DNA of 62,700 nt, the filler included, from Nemertoderma westbladi (taxonomy: Eukaryota; Animalia; Xenacoelomorpha): NCBI GenBank assembly GCA_032718475.1. It is 3 parts of 3 records of this genome, joined end to end, with 100 filler letters (N's around TTAATTAATTAA, not from the genome) between each part and the next. Parts side by side here need not be neighbours in the genome. Positions count along the whole stretch, not along the records: positions 27,524 to 57,329 come from JAUCBJ010007320.1; 2 more parts are not named here. One strand, given 5' to 3'. The notes below the pieces were generated by a model that ran no database searches, was not told the DNA's origin, and saw only the letters and a program-made list of their open reading frames with translations. A program made the position numbers and the translations under genes. This document shows positions 37,571-50,412 of this stretch, in pieces. Position 1 is the first letter of the stretch. Each line of letters begins with the position of its first letter.

Positions 37571-38126
37571 ATCAGTAGGCTGGTAGGCCAGACAGCCAGA
37601 CTCGAATCCATACACTTTGCGTTTGCGCCGGATTAATCCGGCGCGCTTTACAATAAAAGCGCGCCAATGTGGCGCATGGCGCACTCGAATAAATCGTAAA
37701 GCACAGCTCTAGCCAATAACAGACTGACAGAGAGTTTGTATCCTAGCGACGGCAACACTTTTTGTAGTGTGCAGGTGTGACAGTGTGAGGCAAGGACAGA
37801 AGGATAATGAACTCACAGCTGGCTGTGTAGCAGTTCAGCAGTTATAGCTGTATAGTGTTGGAATTTATATACCAGCATACAGGTCCGCGCACCACTGGAA
37901 TGCCTGCTGCAGAACGGCAGTAGGACTGTAGGATAGGCCTACCACCGCCCCTACTTTCACAGGCCTTACCGGTACTACAGCAGGCCTAATATACCTTGCA
38001 CTTGTATTCCTGTATTCTAAGGCTTGTCTGCATGTTATCAGGTTTGGTACAGCTGTACGGTATGTCTGTATGTCGGTTGTTGTATAATTATTAATTAGGC
38101 ATATTTCAGTAGGCCTACAGGCCTAG

Positions 38127-38484
38127 TGTCACAACTGTATTATAATTTGTGCACCACCTAGCGGCCAGTATCGGAATAACAATTATAATACATTATCTTT
38201 CATTTACTGGTAGATGGCTCATTCAATTACATGTATAAAAGTAGCCAGAAGTCCTTATAACAGTTGGTACCGGTAGAGAATATTAAGATTATTATTAATT
38301 ATATTTAGAACACATAATTAACTTCAATTATAAAATACTGATAACTGATTACCAATGAAACCTTTTTCAAACCAAAACCTTTTTCATTTTATATATTATC
38401 TCTATTATAATACGACGCTCCCTCACCCAGACTCTATCCGTACCCGCCGCAGTCACTTCAGCTGTCTCTTGGAGTGGTCTGACA
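38127..38484 (+). repeat. 5' LTR (358 bp)
   Basis: Matches 46216-46563 apart from a few substitutions and one indel region. Confidence 0.95.
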
Positions 38485-38502
38485 TGGAGGTCCCACCGAG
38501 AT
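38485..38502 (+). promoter_or_regulatory. Primer-binding site complementary to the tRNA-Gln 3' end
   Basis: TGGAGGTCCCACCGAGAT directly follows the LTR and is the complement of ...TCTCGGTGGGACCT-CCA of eukaryotic tRNA-Gln. Confidence 0.85.
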
Positions 38503-38594
38503 GAACTCATCGATCGACACCGAGATGAATGAACTCATCGATCGACACCGAGATCGAGAGAAAATCAATCTGATAACGACACTGGCCACACATC

Positions 38595-39574
38595 CAGGTG
38601 CCGACAGAGGTGCCGACACAGGTGCCGACACAGGTGCCGACACAGGTGCCGACACAGGTGCCGACATAGGTGCCGACACAGGTGCCGACACAGGTGCCGA
38701 CATAGGTGCCGACATAGTGGCCGACATAGTGACCGACTTAGGCACTCAGGTTTCTCTCAATATGTTTATCTCACTAAATGGCTTACTTGTTGTGACGTTA
38801 TATACTGTCTATTTGTAACTTTCAGAAAAATCAAATTCCAAAAGCTTTATATGGCAGACTATCCCCGTCGGCAGTATGCAAAGGTTTAACACGTCAAAAA
38901 ATATTTTATACCACACCTGAAGACCCCCTGCGATAGGAACACATGTTGTATAATAACATCCTGCTGTCAATAATTAACGTAAATCATATGTTTCATTCAC
39001 CCAATAAACCTTGCCTTGCCGTATGTCTGGCATCAAGTCAGAATGTTATTATTAACTTCATATAAAAATAATTATTCCTTTTCAGCATCATCCATTCAGA
39101 AGACTTTAAACAAGCGAATTACATAAGATACAAGGAGTCTAAACAATTACCCATTTATATTCTCCTCATGTGTCAGTCTAAACTATACTTAAAAATTATT
39201 CTAATTCTACGGCGGTAATCGAATACCGCAAATAAAGCTTTTGGAATTTGATTTTTCTGAAAGTTACAAATAGACAGTATATAACGTCACAACAAGTAAG
39301 CCATTTAGTGAGATAAACATATTGAGAGAAACCTGAGTGCCTAAGTCGGTCACTATGTCGGCACCTATGTCGGCACCTGTGTCGGCACCTGTGTCGGCAC
39401 CTGTGTCGGCACCTGTGTCGGCACCTGTGTCGGCACCTGTGTCGGCACCTGTGTCGGCACCTGTGTCGGCACCTGTGTCCGACCTTGGCACCTGTGTCTG
39501 CACCTGTGTCTGCACCTGTGTCGGCACCTATGTCGGCACCTATGTCGGCACCTCTGTCGGCACCTCTGTCTGCA
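38595..39574. repeat. Long inverted repeat with 12-bp GGTGCCGACACA subrepeats in the Gypsy leader
   Basis: Arm 38595-38850 is mirrored by 39232-39574 around a ~380-bp spacer. Confidence 0.9.
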
Positions 39575-39607
39575 CAGCGTCAACGCCCGATAAAATACTT
39601 TCTCACA

Positions 39608-41423
39608 ATGGCTTACGGAGGATTAGAAGAAGATCTGTTACTAGGAGACACAGATACCCCAACTGTATCGTTTAGAGAACAACCTATTTCTGGTGAGCGT
39701 CTAGGTCGTAGACTATTTTCTGATCCAGGTACATGCGAATTCTATAGTAAATAGAATTAATGATAACAATAATACTCACATATTTGTAAAACCAAGTAAA
39801 TATAGTGGTGATAAAACTCTCCCAGGGGATACTGATGTACCACCCGTGGACGTATAGTTAGGAAGTTTTGAGCGGGCCGCAATAGCAAACAATTGGTCTT
39901 TAGGTAAATGTACAACAGTTTTATCAGGATATTTAGAGGGAAAAGCGGGCAGATGGTACGACCAAAATATCGGGCGTTTGGAGTTACTTCCCTTCCAGGA
40001 ACTTAAACAACAATTGTTGTTACGTTTTAGCCATGGTGAGAGTCAAACTTATTATTATACAATTTTTTCAGCTATGAAACAGGAAACGGATGAGAGTGTA
40101 GACGATTTTTATGAAAGACTTATGCAAGTGGCAAAGCGTGCATTAAGTACTAGTAATAGTAGAGATATGCGAATTCGAGTGAGAGATAGATTTTTACATG
40201 GTTTACAGAAGGTAATTTTATCTAGAGTGAGTGAGAAAGTCAAAGCAACGGATGACTTAGATTCTGTGGTTGCTATAGCGCGGCACATAGAGCAAAGTGT
40301 GAGGCTTGAAAACCCAAACTTGTCCTTGCCACTGACTCGAGCAGATTTGGACCAGGTATTCAATCCCAATACAGTAGTAAGCAGTTATAGAGAAACTAAT
40401 AGAGATCAAGCTAATAAGGATAGTAATTCCCAGTCTTTAACTCACCGACTTGCAAATTTAGAAACGGCAGTTGACAAACTTGTAACTGAACTAGACCGGC
40501 AAACAGTAGGTCCCTTAGCACAAAATAATAAGGCAACTATCGTTTGTGACATTTGTTTTAAAGCTGGCCATAAAACTATCGATTGCTTTCGGCATCCAAA
40601 CCGGCAAAATCAACATTTATCTTATTATCCACCACCGCCAAGATTTAACCGTTTTAATGGCCACAGTAGTAATCCAAGTGGGGTAAACAGGGGACAAAGT
40701 AATTTTCAACAAAATTACAACGGCCATCCGCAGCAACACCAGCTTTATAATAGTTATTCTCCTGTTGATTCACGCAATGAGTATTATCAATCTGAATCTA
40801 GACCTTATTATAACAGAAATACCGATAGAAATATATCACACCAAAATAATGGTAATAATAGGAATTATACAGTACACCCCAGTGATAATACAATAAGAAA
40901 CACAACTCCAATACATAATCAAAATACATCACCAGTTGGTAATCCTACATTTTTCCCAAGCAACAGGCATCCCCCACCGTCATCTTTCAATAATAAGACT
41001 GTAATAGTGAATTTTACTGAAACACCCCCTCATGATATGTTCCTTGACGTAATTTTAGAGGGCCGTTATATTGAGTCAGGTGTCGTAGATACAGGCGCCC
41101 AAACTACTATGATTAGCGAACGATTGCTAAATAAAGTACAACCGGGTACAGTAATTGAACCAATTGGAATATATCTACGGGATTTTGTGGGAACGACCAT
41201 CCCTATTTTAGGTGCCGTTTGGTTAAACATTGAAGCGGGAGGGCGTACAGCGTTGGTTCGTGCTTTAGTTGCCAAAGAGTTAGAGTGTAATTCTGGAATT
41301 ATTTTGGGCTTGAGAACATTAGGTGCATTACGTGTACATATTAACTGCAGTGAGAGAAAAGTATTTCAGGAAGCAGTAAGTCAATTAGGAAGAGACAGAA
41401 CCTATTATTGCCCAGGAAATTAA
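39608..41423 (+). pseudogene. Gypsy gag-protease (5' part disrupted)
   Basis: LEGKAGRWY, zinc knuckle CDICFKAGHKTIDC, aspartic protease VDTGA; stops upstream of 39978. Confidence 0.85.
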
Positions 41424-42137
41424 TTCACCACCTTTACTTAGTAATACAAACCTCTTTTCACCCAATTATGTTAATTCTCCATCAACAAACGCTAAAGTAG
41501 TTGCGCAAGAAAATAGTGAGCCTAATACAAGCACGAGCAGTGAACATAAAAATAATACTACCAAGCATTTACACGTCTTCCGTGTTGTCGCCGATCGAAA
41601 TATTTTAATTCCACCAAGCCACGAAGCTATAGTACATGGTCGACCAGTTGGTGTGGCATTAGAATGTAGGCCTAAGTCTAAGTCTAATGTAGTGGTAGGC
41701 TTATTTGAACCGAATGCAACTGGCTTAGGTAAGAATGGCTTGATAGGAGCTCGTACACTAAATACAGTAGACCAGGGTCTTATTTTGTGTCGCATTATGA
41801 ATCCCAACAATAAGCGAATAATTCTTCAAAAGAATAGTCGAATAGGTGATCTGAAATAATAAATACTTCTACACCGAATGTAAATAAATTTGACTCACCA
41901 ACTGACCCTGATGCGGACATAATATCTAAATTCCCTACTTTAGAAGACGACACACACACTAGAGCTTTACATGACGTCCTACTTAAGCACTTTAATGTAA
42001 TATCTAATAACGATTATGATGTAGGATATTGTGACTTAATTTCGCATGAAATTGATGCTGATGGGCCTCCCATTCGTCAGAGACCGTACCGTATACCATA
42101 CAAACACCGTGATTTCGTTGATGAAACCATTAAGACG

Positions 42138-43433
42138 ATGATTAAAGAAAACGTGATTGAAGAAAGCTCTAGCCCATGGGCAAGTCCAGTAGTAATTGCA
42201 CAAAAACCCGATGGAGGATTGCGATTTTGTGTTGACTACAGACGGCTAAACGCTCAAACTCGTATTCCATTACACCCTTTGCCTAGAATAGATGAAGTGA
42301 TTGATCAATTAGGTGGTAATGCATATTTTACCACTCTTGACTTAACGGGCGGTTATTGGCATGTTCCAATAGCAGTCAAAGATCGTGATAAAACTAGTTT
42401 CATCACAAACAGCGGCCAATGGAATTTCCGTCGCATGCCTTTTGGTTTGGCAGGAGCACCCAGTACATTTCAACGACTAATGTCAAAAGTTATAGGTAGA
42501 TTAAGTAATAAAATTTGCCTCGTTTACTTAGATGACGTCATTATTTATTCGGAAACATTTGAAAAACATTTACATGACATTGATAGTGTACTAGAGTGTA
42601 TCGAAGCTGCAGGTTTAAAGCTAAAGCTACGGAAATGTACGTTTGCTGCAGAAAAGGTTACATATTTAGGTCATGAAATAACTGTGCAGGGAATAAAACC
42701 AGCTGTTAGGAATCTGCGAGCAGTAAGTGAGTTTCCACGGCCAACCGCAATAACTCAGGTTCGTCAATTTTTAGGACTTGCTTCATTTTACCGTAAGTTC
42801 ATAAAGGATTTTGCGAAAATAGCTTCGCCGTTAGCACAGCTGTTACAGAAAAATGTAGTATTCAGTTGGACAGCTGATAAGGAACAAGCATTTCAGACAT
42901 TAAAAACGAAATTATCGAATCCACCTGTACTTGGTTTTCCTATTCTACCATCTACTGACTCAGAACCTTACTGTATTTCGACTTATCGGTTGATGACAGA
43001 CGCCTCTATAGTTGGCTTAGGCGCCGTTTTAGAACAATTTCAAGGTGGTAAATATGTAGTTATAGGCTACGCAAGTAGATCTGTAAAACCAGCCGAGAAG
43101 AATTACAATATTACTGAATTGGAGGGTCTTGGAGTTGTCTGGGGTGTACATTACTTCAGACACTACTTGATTGGTACGAAATTCAAAATTATCACTGATC
43201 ATTCTGCTTTGAAGCACATATTAGCAGTAAAAGAACCAACCGGACGGATAGCGCGATGGTGCTTAGCCTTGCAGCAGTACGATTTTGAAGTTGAACACCG
43301 GCCTGGAAAGCATCATTTTGCCCCCGATGCATTGAGCAGAAATCCAGTATCAGCTTTTCAACCAGATAGCGACATCGATAACATACAAGTAGGTCCGGAT
43401 ATAAATATCATAAATAAAACAGGGAAATTATAA
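42138..43433 (+). CDS. Gypsy reverse transcriptase-RNase H
   Basis: SPWASP, RFCVDYRRLN, MPFGL, YLDD, TDAS.VGLGAVL and TDHSAL motifs. Confidence 0.95.
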   Translation: MIKENVIEESSSPWASPVVIAQKPDGGLRFCVDYRRLNAQTRIPLHPLPRIDEVIDQLGGNAYFTTLDLTGGYWHVPIAVKDRDKTSFITNSGQWNFRRMPFGLAGAPSTFQRLMSKVIGRLSNKICLVYLDDVIIYSETFEKHLHDIDSVLECIEAAGLKLKLRKCTFAAEKVTYLGHEITVQGIKPAVRNLRAVSEFPRPTAITQVRQFLGLASFYRKFIKDFAKIASPLAQLLQKNVVFSWTADKEQAFQTLKTKLSNPPVLGFPILPSTDSEPYCISTYRLMTDASIVGLGAVLEQFQGGKYVVIGYASRSVKPAEKNYNITELEGLGVVWGVHYFRHYLIGTKFKIITDHSALKHILAVKEPTGRIARWCLALQQYDFEVEHRPGKHHFAPDALSRNPVSAFQPDSDIDNIQVGPDINIINKTGKL

Positions 43434-43555
43434 AACCTGACTCTAACCCCATTACTGTAAATGTCATACGTGCTGGGCATGAAACTGAAAGGAGACCAAA
43501 GGAAAACAATAATTGTAAGAGTGCATGGCTATTAGCCATCGCAACCGATCCCACA

Positions 43556-44694
43556 TTGGAAGCAATCCAGCGCATGAAACTCAACGAGCAAGGTCCAGCA
43601 GCATTGTCTGATATTAATTTCGTAGCTTTGAAGCGCTTAGCTACTTTAATCTCTATTGACCAGTTAGGTTTTATGTACTATATTGGGCGTCGAGGTGAGG
43701 AAAATCTACAAGTAGTACCTAAACAGTTTCAGCAAGAAATAATTCGCACTTTTCACGATCAACCGTGTGGTGGACATTATGCGTTTAATAAAACTTATTA
43801 TAAGGTTAGAAACAAATATTGGTGGATTACGATGCGAAAATATATATTTAAGCACTGTCAAACTTGCTTACCGTGTCAGTTGGCCAAAAGACCGCGATTA
43901 AAAATTGTGTCTCCACTGCACCCATTACCAGTAGTAGGAAACCCTTTTGATAGGTGTGAACTAGATCTACTTGGACCCTTTCATTCTTCTGCTTCCGGTA
44001 ACCGTTTTATTTTACTGTTTACCGATAGTTTAACTAAGTGGCCGGAGGGCGTGGCAACCGCTAACAAAAGTGCAAATACAGTAGCTAAGGCATTTATAGA
44101 CTTGGTGGTCAGTCGCCACGGTGCACCACGCGTATTACTTACCGACCAGGATTCGAATTTTTTATCTCGAATGTTCCAAAGTGTCACGCAAATGCTTGGA
44201 GTTGACCAAAAATCCGCTGTGATTTATCATCCACAAACCGTAGGGTTGGTAGAGCGATTAAATCAAACTCTAGTAACCATGCTGTCTATATATACCGATT
44301 CTGACCAATTACACTGGGATGAGTGTCTCCCAGCTGTACTTTTTGCGTATCGCACTTCTATACATTCAACTGTCTATCAAACTCCATTTTTCCTTACCTA
44401 TATGGTCGTGAAGCAACATTACCTTCAGACGCTGTTTTACTTAAAGCGACCGACAATGCTAGTTTAGATGACTATACTAGACGACTAGCGCAAACAGATT
44501 TGATCAGTAGGAAAAATGCAGAGTCATTACAAAAACAAGCTCAATCTAGATTCATTCGGAATTATAATAACAGTCACAACATAGTTGTACCGCAATATAA
44601 AGTAGGAAACTACGTGTTTATAGAAGAAAGGGAGTGTCCCGTTGGCTTGTCACGAAAGCTCAGAGCAAAATATCTTGGGCCTTACAGGGTATAG
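43556..44694 (+). pseudogene. Gypsy integrase (frameshifted near the C-terminus)
   Basis: HHCC (H..GGH..C..CQ), DLLGP, TDQ.SNF, GLVERLN. The GPY motif lies in the shifted frame. Confidence 0.9.
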
Positions 44695-46203
44695 GCAATT
44701 GAAGGTGAAAATTTACGATTAACTAGGCCAGGTCGTAAAAGTGTAAGCACCCTTATTCACCCCAACATGGTAAAACCTGCGCGTTTACGCTACAGTCTGT
44801 CTGATACCAGCCCCGCTATTGAAACAGATGACAACCCAAACATTATAACAAACTATCTAAGCCCACAAGGAAATTCTACAGTTTCTAGTGTGGAATTATC
44901 TCTAGTAGACGAAAGTGAATTATCATGAAAAATTAAATGTAACATTTAATAATCATGAGAAACATTGTTATCATTAATCATGTAACCTCGTGTAATCATA
45001 TAATCATTAATCATGTGACCTTAATTTTAATCGTGTATTATGTTATTTTATGACTTATAAATGAAGCCGATTGTAAGAAGTTATAAAGGACTCATAACTG
45101 TGTAATGTTTTAACGTTATACTGTAGAAATATCGGTATTGAAATAGTGAATTAGACCTACAGTAGCCTAGTTGTTATCCGCATGTCATAATTTTACATTT
45201 ATATTCTAGTTGCTCTGAATACCCATTTATCATAAAATAGTGTCACATATTTTCTATTTTAGTTATCCATTAAGTATACTGTGCTACAGTGCATGATTAA
45301 TATTATAATACTATTGATATAATGTCATTATACTGTAGTATCGTTTGCAATTGCAAAAATAAATATGTAGGCCTAATTGTAAAGATAATTTAAAGATAAA
45401 TTATTATAAAGATACTTATTGTACTTATATTACGTAAATTTAATGTTTGAATAAAGTGATTCTTTATTGTGTTAAGAGTAATTTACCGACCATGTCTTTG
45501 AATAAAGTTTTAGTGTTATTTAAAACAATTAGAAATAAAGAGAATAAGAGAACAGTATGTGTCAAACAAACTGTGCAATGAGTATCCAGTACAGTAGAGG
45601 CGAAAACTCCGTTGTCTTAATTATTGCAATTTTTATGTTATCAAGTTTGATTTAATTTAATCATTTAATTATTTTGCTGTAATTTTCTTACAGATATATT
45701 TGATTGACATTATTTTTGAGTTCTCGGATTTTCAGATGTAGTTATTTCAAAAGCTTATATGTGAAGGTAGTAGACTGTCTGTGAAATAGGCAAATTCAAC
45801 GAATTTGTAATTTCATATTTAAGTTAAAGGTCGACACAGATTTTTGGCCTCAGGATATTTTCCTACAGTATGTCACTTTCTTAATAATAATTGTAAGTAA
45901 ATAAGTTTAAATGGTAACTGGAAGTCAAACAATGTATTTATTTTTTTACAACAATTTTATTGACTTTACTTTAATTGACATGTTTTTGATAATCATGTGA
46001 TGTTAAACACAGTTTACAACTGTGGTTTCGTTACCATAATGTACTATTTACGGCATGTCGAATGTTCTATAGATCCCTATGTAGTTGAAAGAGCCAAAAT
46101 ATATTTTATATTTATTAGCTTTCATATGAAAATTAAAATGAATAACAGCAAAATGTCTATAACTGTAAGATAAGAAGTTATGCAACACGGGGACGTGTTG
46201 ATT

Positions 46204-46215
46204 GATGGAGGGGAG
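46204..46215 (+). promoter_or_regulatory. Polypurine tract
   Basis: GATGGAGGGGAG immediately upstream of the 3' LTR. Confidence 0.8.
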
Positions 46216-46563
46216 TGTCACAACTGTATTATAATTTGTGCACCACCTAGCGGCCATTATCGGAATAACAATTATAATACATTATCTTTCATTTACTGGT
46301 AGATGGCTCATTCAATTACATGTATAAAAGTAGCCAGAAGTCCTTATAACAGTTGGTACCGGTAGAGAATATTAAGATTATTATTAATTATATTTAGAAC
46401 ACATAATTAACTTCAATTATAAAATACTGATAACTGATTACCAATGATACTGAAAACCTTTTTCATTTTATATATTATCTCTATTATAATACGACGCTCC
46501 CTCACCCAGACTCTATCCGTCCCTGCCGCAGTCACTTCAGCTGTCTCCTGGAGTGGTCTGACA
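46216..46563 (+). repeat. 3' LTR (348 bp)
   Basis: TGTCAC...CTGACA followed by the CTAG TSD. Confidence 0.95.
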
Positions 46564-47344
46564 CTAGGCCTATTTCATTTATAATTTTTTAGTGAGCCTA
46601 ATACTGTGATTGAACTAGGCCTAGCATTTTTGTTGACTCATGTCAACTATTCTTTCAGTAACCAATCCACAGTCACTCTTTTGGCTAATAACCTCAGGAT
46701 TTTAGTAAACTCAGGAGTCCGACTTCCCTCTGAAGCTCTGACTGTCTGATCTAAGTTCCACCTACCTACCTACATACTGCTTATTTTATACAATCTGCCT
46801 GCATTATACAGTTATACTGCAGTTCTAAACTTCGAGTTCGGAAGTTGTAATCCTGTAATCCTTATTATATCCGAGGATCCATATGCAGATATGAGCAGAT
46901 GAGGTGAGGATCACTTGCAGCTTATCCTAACGAATCGTCTCCTGCATATAGATGACTGCAGAGTCTTCAACGTTGACGACAAAAACTGGCTGACTGGGTG
47001 CCAGTACGTTTGCGATATTATTCTCGCATATCTCTGGACGGCCAAGGTCGAGAGAGGGTCGTACCGGAACTCTATAATCACGACTTCCGGCCCTTAGCCT
47101 CGTTTCTCCAACTCAAAAGCGCTGCAAAAGTGCTACTGTGCATGCTCGAATCCGGTGCGAAAACTACCGGTAGTTCCAATCGCATTGTACGTGTACGTAA
47201 GCAGGACTTCGCTAAAAGCAAACATGCAGGTGAAACTAAAGAAACTTCGTGGTATCGGTACGATTACAGCGCGTGGTATATGGTACTTGCAATGTTTACC
47301 AGATGAAATCTTACTGTCTTAAGCTCTAGAATCAGCGGCACGAA

Positions 47345-47680
47345 ATAATATAATAATAATAATATAATATAATAATAATGTATAATTTTATATAGCGCCT
47401 ATTTAAAAATGATACTAATTATTCTAGGCGCTGCACGAAAGGCAATCAATGAAGTAAAAATAAATATGTCATAATTAAAAACAGACAAGTATTGAGTTAG
47501 AACAAACAATGGGTTGTTGGCCGAGTTGAAACAATTGAAGGACAAGTTAAAACAAACGCCGACGAACTGAATACTGAAATACAAAGAGCAAAACTTCCAT
47601 GGGTCAACTGTGGTACAGCAATTCAATGCAACATCAAGCGATGAGTTATTATGGGTTCTGTTCCTGAGCGAATTGGGATC
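47345..47680 (-). mobile_element. 3' end of an L2/CR1-type LINE
   Basis: Minus strand GCAGCGCCTAGA...TAGGCGCTATATAAAT stem-loop followed by a (TAT)n tail. Confidence 0.55.
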
Positions 47681-48056
47681 CCCAGTTTAAATTCGCGAGT
47701 GGTTCGGTGTCTATCAGTCGACCAGACACGCTTTGGTTCATTGAGTTTCTAACTTTCATGTCTTCGTTTCATCCAAACCGCATCCGGGTAGGGATACCAC
47801 ACCACCGTGTTATTTAATGCTTTTTAATTTTGTTATTGTCTATCGATTGACTTATAGCTAACCTGTGCTGATATACAGTTACTGTGTTAACATGTATGAC
47901 ATCGTATTGGTTTAAATGTATGCCCATGTGTTAAATTTGTGGTCCTACTGTTTATTGCCATGTGCAGAAATTATTTTATTAATTGAACAAATTAAATTCA
48001 CAAATTAGTATTGAATCTTTAATATATTATACTAAATAATAATGATATTTATTATA

Positions 48057-50412
48057 TTATGTAAATATATGAATAGTATAAACAGGTTGAACAGGTAGAA
48101 TAGTATAAACAGGTATAAACATGTTGAAAATTTTAATACCAGTTTCAATAGAGACCAAATTAAGATTCCGTAGACATCCAATTATTGTGTAGGCGTTTTG
48201 TTTCTTGTTTTCAATGTGTTGAGAGAAGCAGAGGGTTGGTTGTAGTGTTATTCTCAGGTAGTTGTACTTGTTGGTGATTTCGACATTTTCATTGAGGTAG
48301 GTGAATATATCTGTATTGGCTAATCTCCCTCCTCGTCTGAATTTTATAATTTTAGTTTTACTTATGTTTAAATCCATATTATTATGTTGGCACCATTCGT
48401 CTAGTAGAAGTAAAGCATATTGTATGTGTTGTTTTTCGGTTGAATAAATAACTAAGTCATCAGCAAAGAATATAAAATATAATGTAGAGGCGATTTGCCT
48501 TAGAGCAGCTGCTAGATCAGTAATGAACATTAAGAATGCGGTTGGCGAGAAACAATCCCCCTGTAGTATACCCCGAAGTTGCGAAATAGGTGCTGAAAAA
48601 CTAATGCCATCGAATATTTTGACAGTGTTTCCGAATATTGACTGAATTAACGCAAAGTTTTCCTTTTATATTAAATTTGAAGAAAATCTTATGAAGCAAA
48701 ATTTTTCTATCAATCAGGTCAAAAGCTTTACGGAAGTCTATAAATAGCGCATAGACCGGTTTCGATTCATGACTGTGTAGATTGGAGTGAATAAAATCAA
48801 TGAGTTTTCTGATTGCTTGAGTAGTAGATCGACCGGGGATAAATCCATATTGTTCTAGAGGTAGCTGATCCATTATTTTCTTTAATACCCTTGAGTTTAT
48901 TATCGACGTCAATACCTTCAACAGTACACAAATTAGCGCAATACCACGGTAGTTTCCAGGATCTGTTAATTCGCCCTTCCCTTTGTATAGAATAAATGAA
49001 TTCAAAATGCTAGTTTTCCAGACACGTGGAATTTCACCGAGATTTAAACATGTGTTGTAGAGAAGTATAATAACAGTGACTAATAGTGGGAGTGAAAGTT
49101 TCAAATGTTCATAATATATTCCATCACAGCCGGATGCTTTACCACTCTTTGTTTTGTTGATTGTGTCTGTTACATCAGTGTCTTGAAATGGTTCATTGAA
49201 CCACTCTGGGGAATCTTTTGTACTGTCGATAGTAGCTTGGTTTGGAGGTTGTATGTTTGTAGGATTTTGTTCGCCAATTAGAGAATGGAAATGGTCCTCT
49301 AATTTGTCTAGCTCGATGGGGGCTGTAGGAAAGTCGGTCTTAGTTCTCCATAGTATCCATGGGGTTATCTCGGTTTGTTTTAAAGTTTCTATAAGAGTGT
49401 TTTCATCAAAATTTGTCTTTTTGGAATTCAGAAGTTGTTTGTATTCGGTTCGAGTAGCCCAATAATAATTGGAGTTGTCACCATTTTGTAGGAGTGTCAT
49501 AACTTGTTGTTTCTTTATCCTGCATTCCTCGTCAAACCAAGGTTTATGGTGGTGGGGGGAAGTGGTTTTTGGTGGTTTTTGCGAGGAAGTTGAAATAACA
49601 TGTTGAATGTCGTCAGTTGCTGCGTCTAGCCTGTCAGAGAGAAGGTTGGATATGATATCGTGGTTCCTTAGTTCCTGTTCTAGAATATTTGTGTTTAGCT
49701 TGCGGGATAGTTTTTCGACTGGCTTATTGGCATTTACATTGGTACCATACATTGTATCAACTTGGATATCAACACATTGGTGTTTACGAATTGGGTTATG
49801 GTTGATTGAAATGCGAGCTGTAATGTTAGACTGTGGTGGTGTGCGAGTGAACCACAGATCGATCGTACTCGAGCCCTGAGGCGATATATATGTTTTCTCA
49901 GTTGGATTATTGTAGAGTATGAAGCTCAGACCCTGTAGATTATGTATGAGATCTGCACCACGGTTCTCCTGAGAGTCTATACAGCAGTTGAAGTCACCTC
50001 CTTTGTAAATCGGTGTGTCTGGATTGGTATACGTAAGGGCTTTGCTGATAATTAATAGTACATCCTCAACTTTATTCTCTGGGTTAAAGTAAAATACTAG
50101 AATTGATCCAGCTGTTTTGTTTAGTACCATATAGTTTTCATTGGCGACAATTAATTTAGCTCTCAGTTCCAGTTTTGCCAAGATAATAAGCCCTCCATGA
50201 GGCCTTCCCCTTTGAGACCTGGTTGCGGGTTGCACAAATGCGTAAAAATCGGGAAAAGAAAGTGATTCATTGCAGTAAAAAGATTCTGTTAAAAGCACCA
50301 GATTGGAATCACCAGTGATATATTTTAGTGCACAGTTTTCGCGTACATATTTGAATCCTTCTATGTTCCAAAGCGACAGCTTAATGGTTGTCTGTTGTTG
50401 GAGTTGGGAATG
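48057..50412 (-). pseudogene. LINE ORF2 (APE endonuclease + RT), frameshifted near 48600 and 3'-truncated
   Basis: LSLWNIEG, LTES, GGDFN, STIDL, NYRGIAL, QYGF, FIDFRKAFD, QGD and FADD motifs. Confidence 0.9.

Larger units (their letters stand above)
38127..46563 (+). mobile_element. Full-length, defective Ty3/Gypsy LTR retrotransposon
   Basis: TGT..ACA LTRs, 4-bp TSD CTAG (38123-38126, 46564-46567), PBS, PPT and gag-PR-RT-RH-INT order. Several stops and frameshifts. Confidence 0.97.

Noticed and set aside
38458-39754. GADT/SAPV/TQVP repeat ORFs as real proteins
   Set aside because: They derive from the 12-bp repeat and are open in several frames on both strands; no recognisable domain.
44930-46200. 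env-like third ORF in the Gypsy element
   Set aside because: AT-rich with stops in all frames; no signal peptide or TM-bearing ORF.
46890-47330. GC-richer stretch with 60- and 102-aa ORFs
   Set aside because: No recognisable motif or convincing splice sites.
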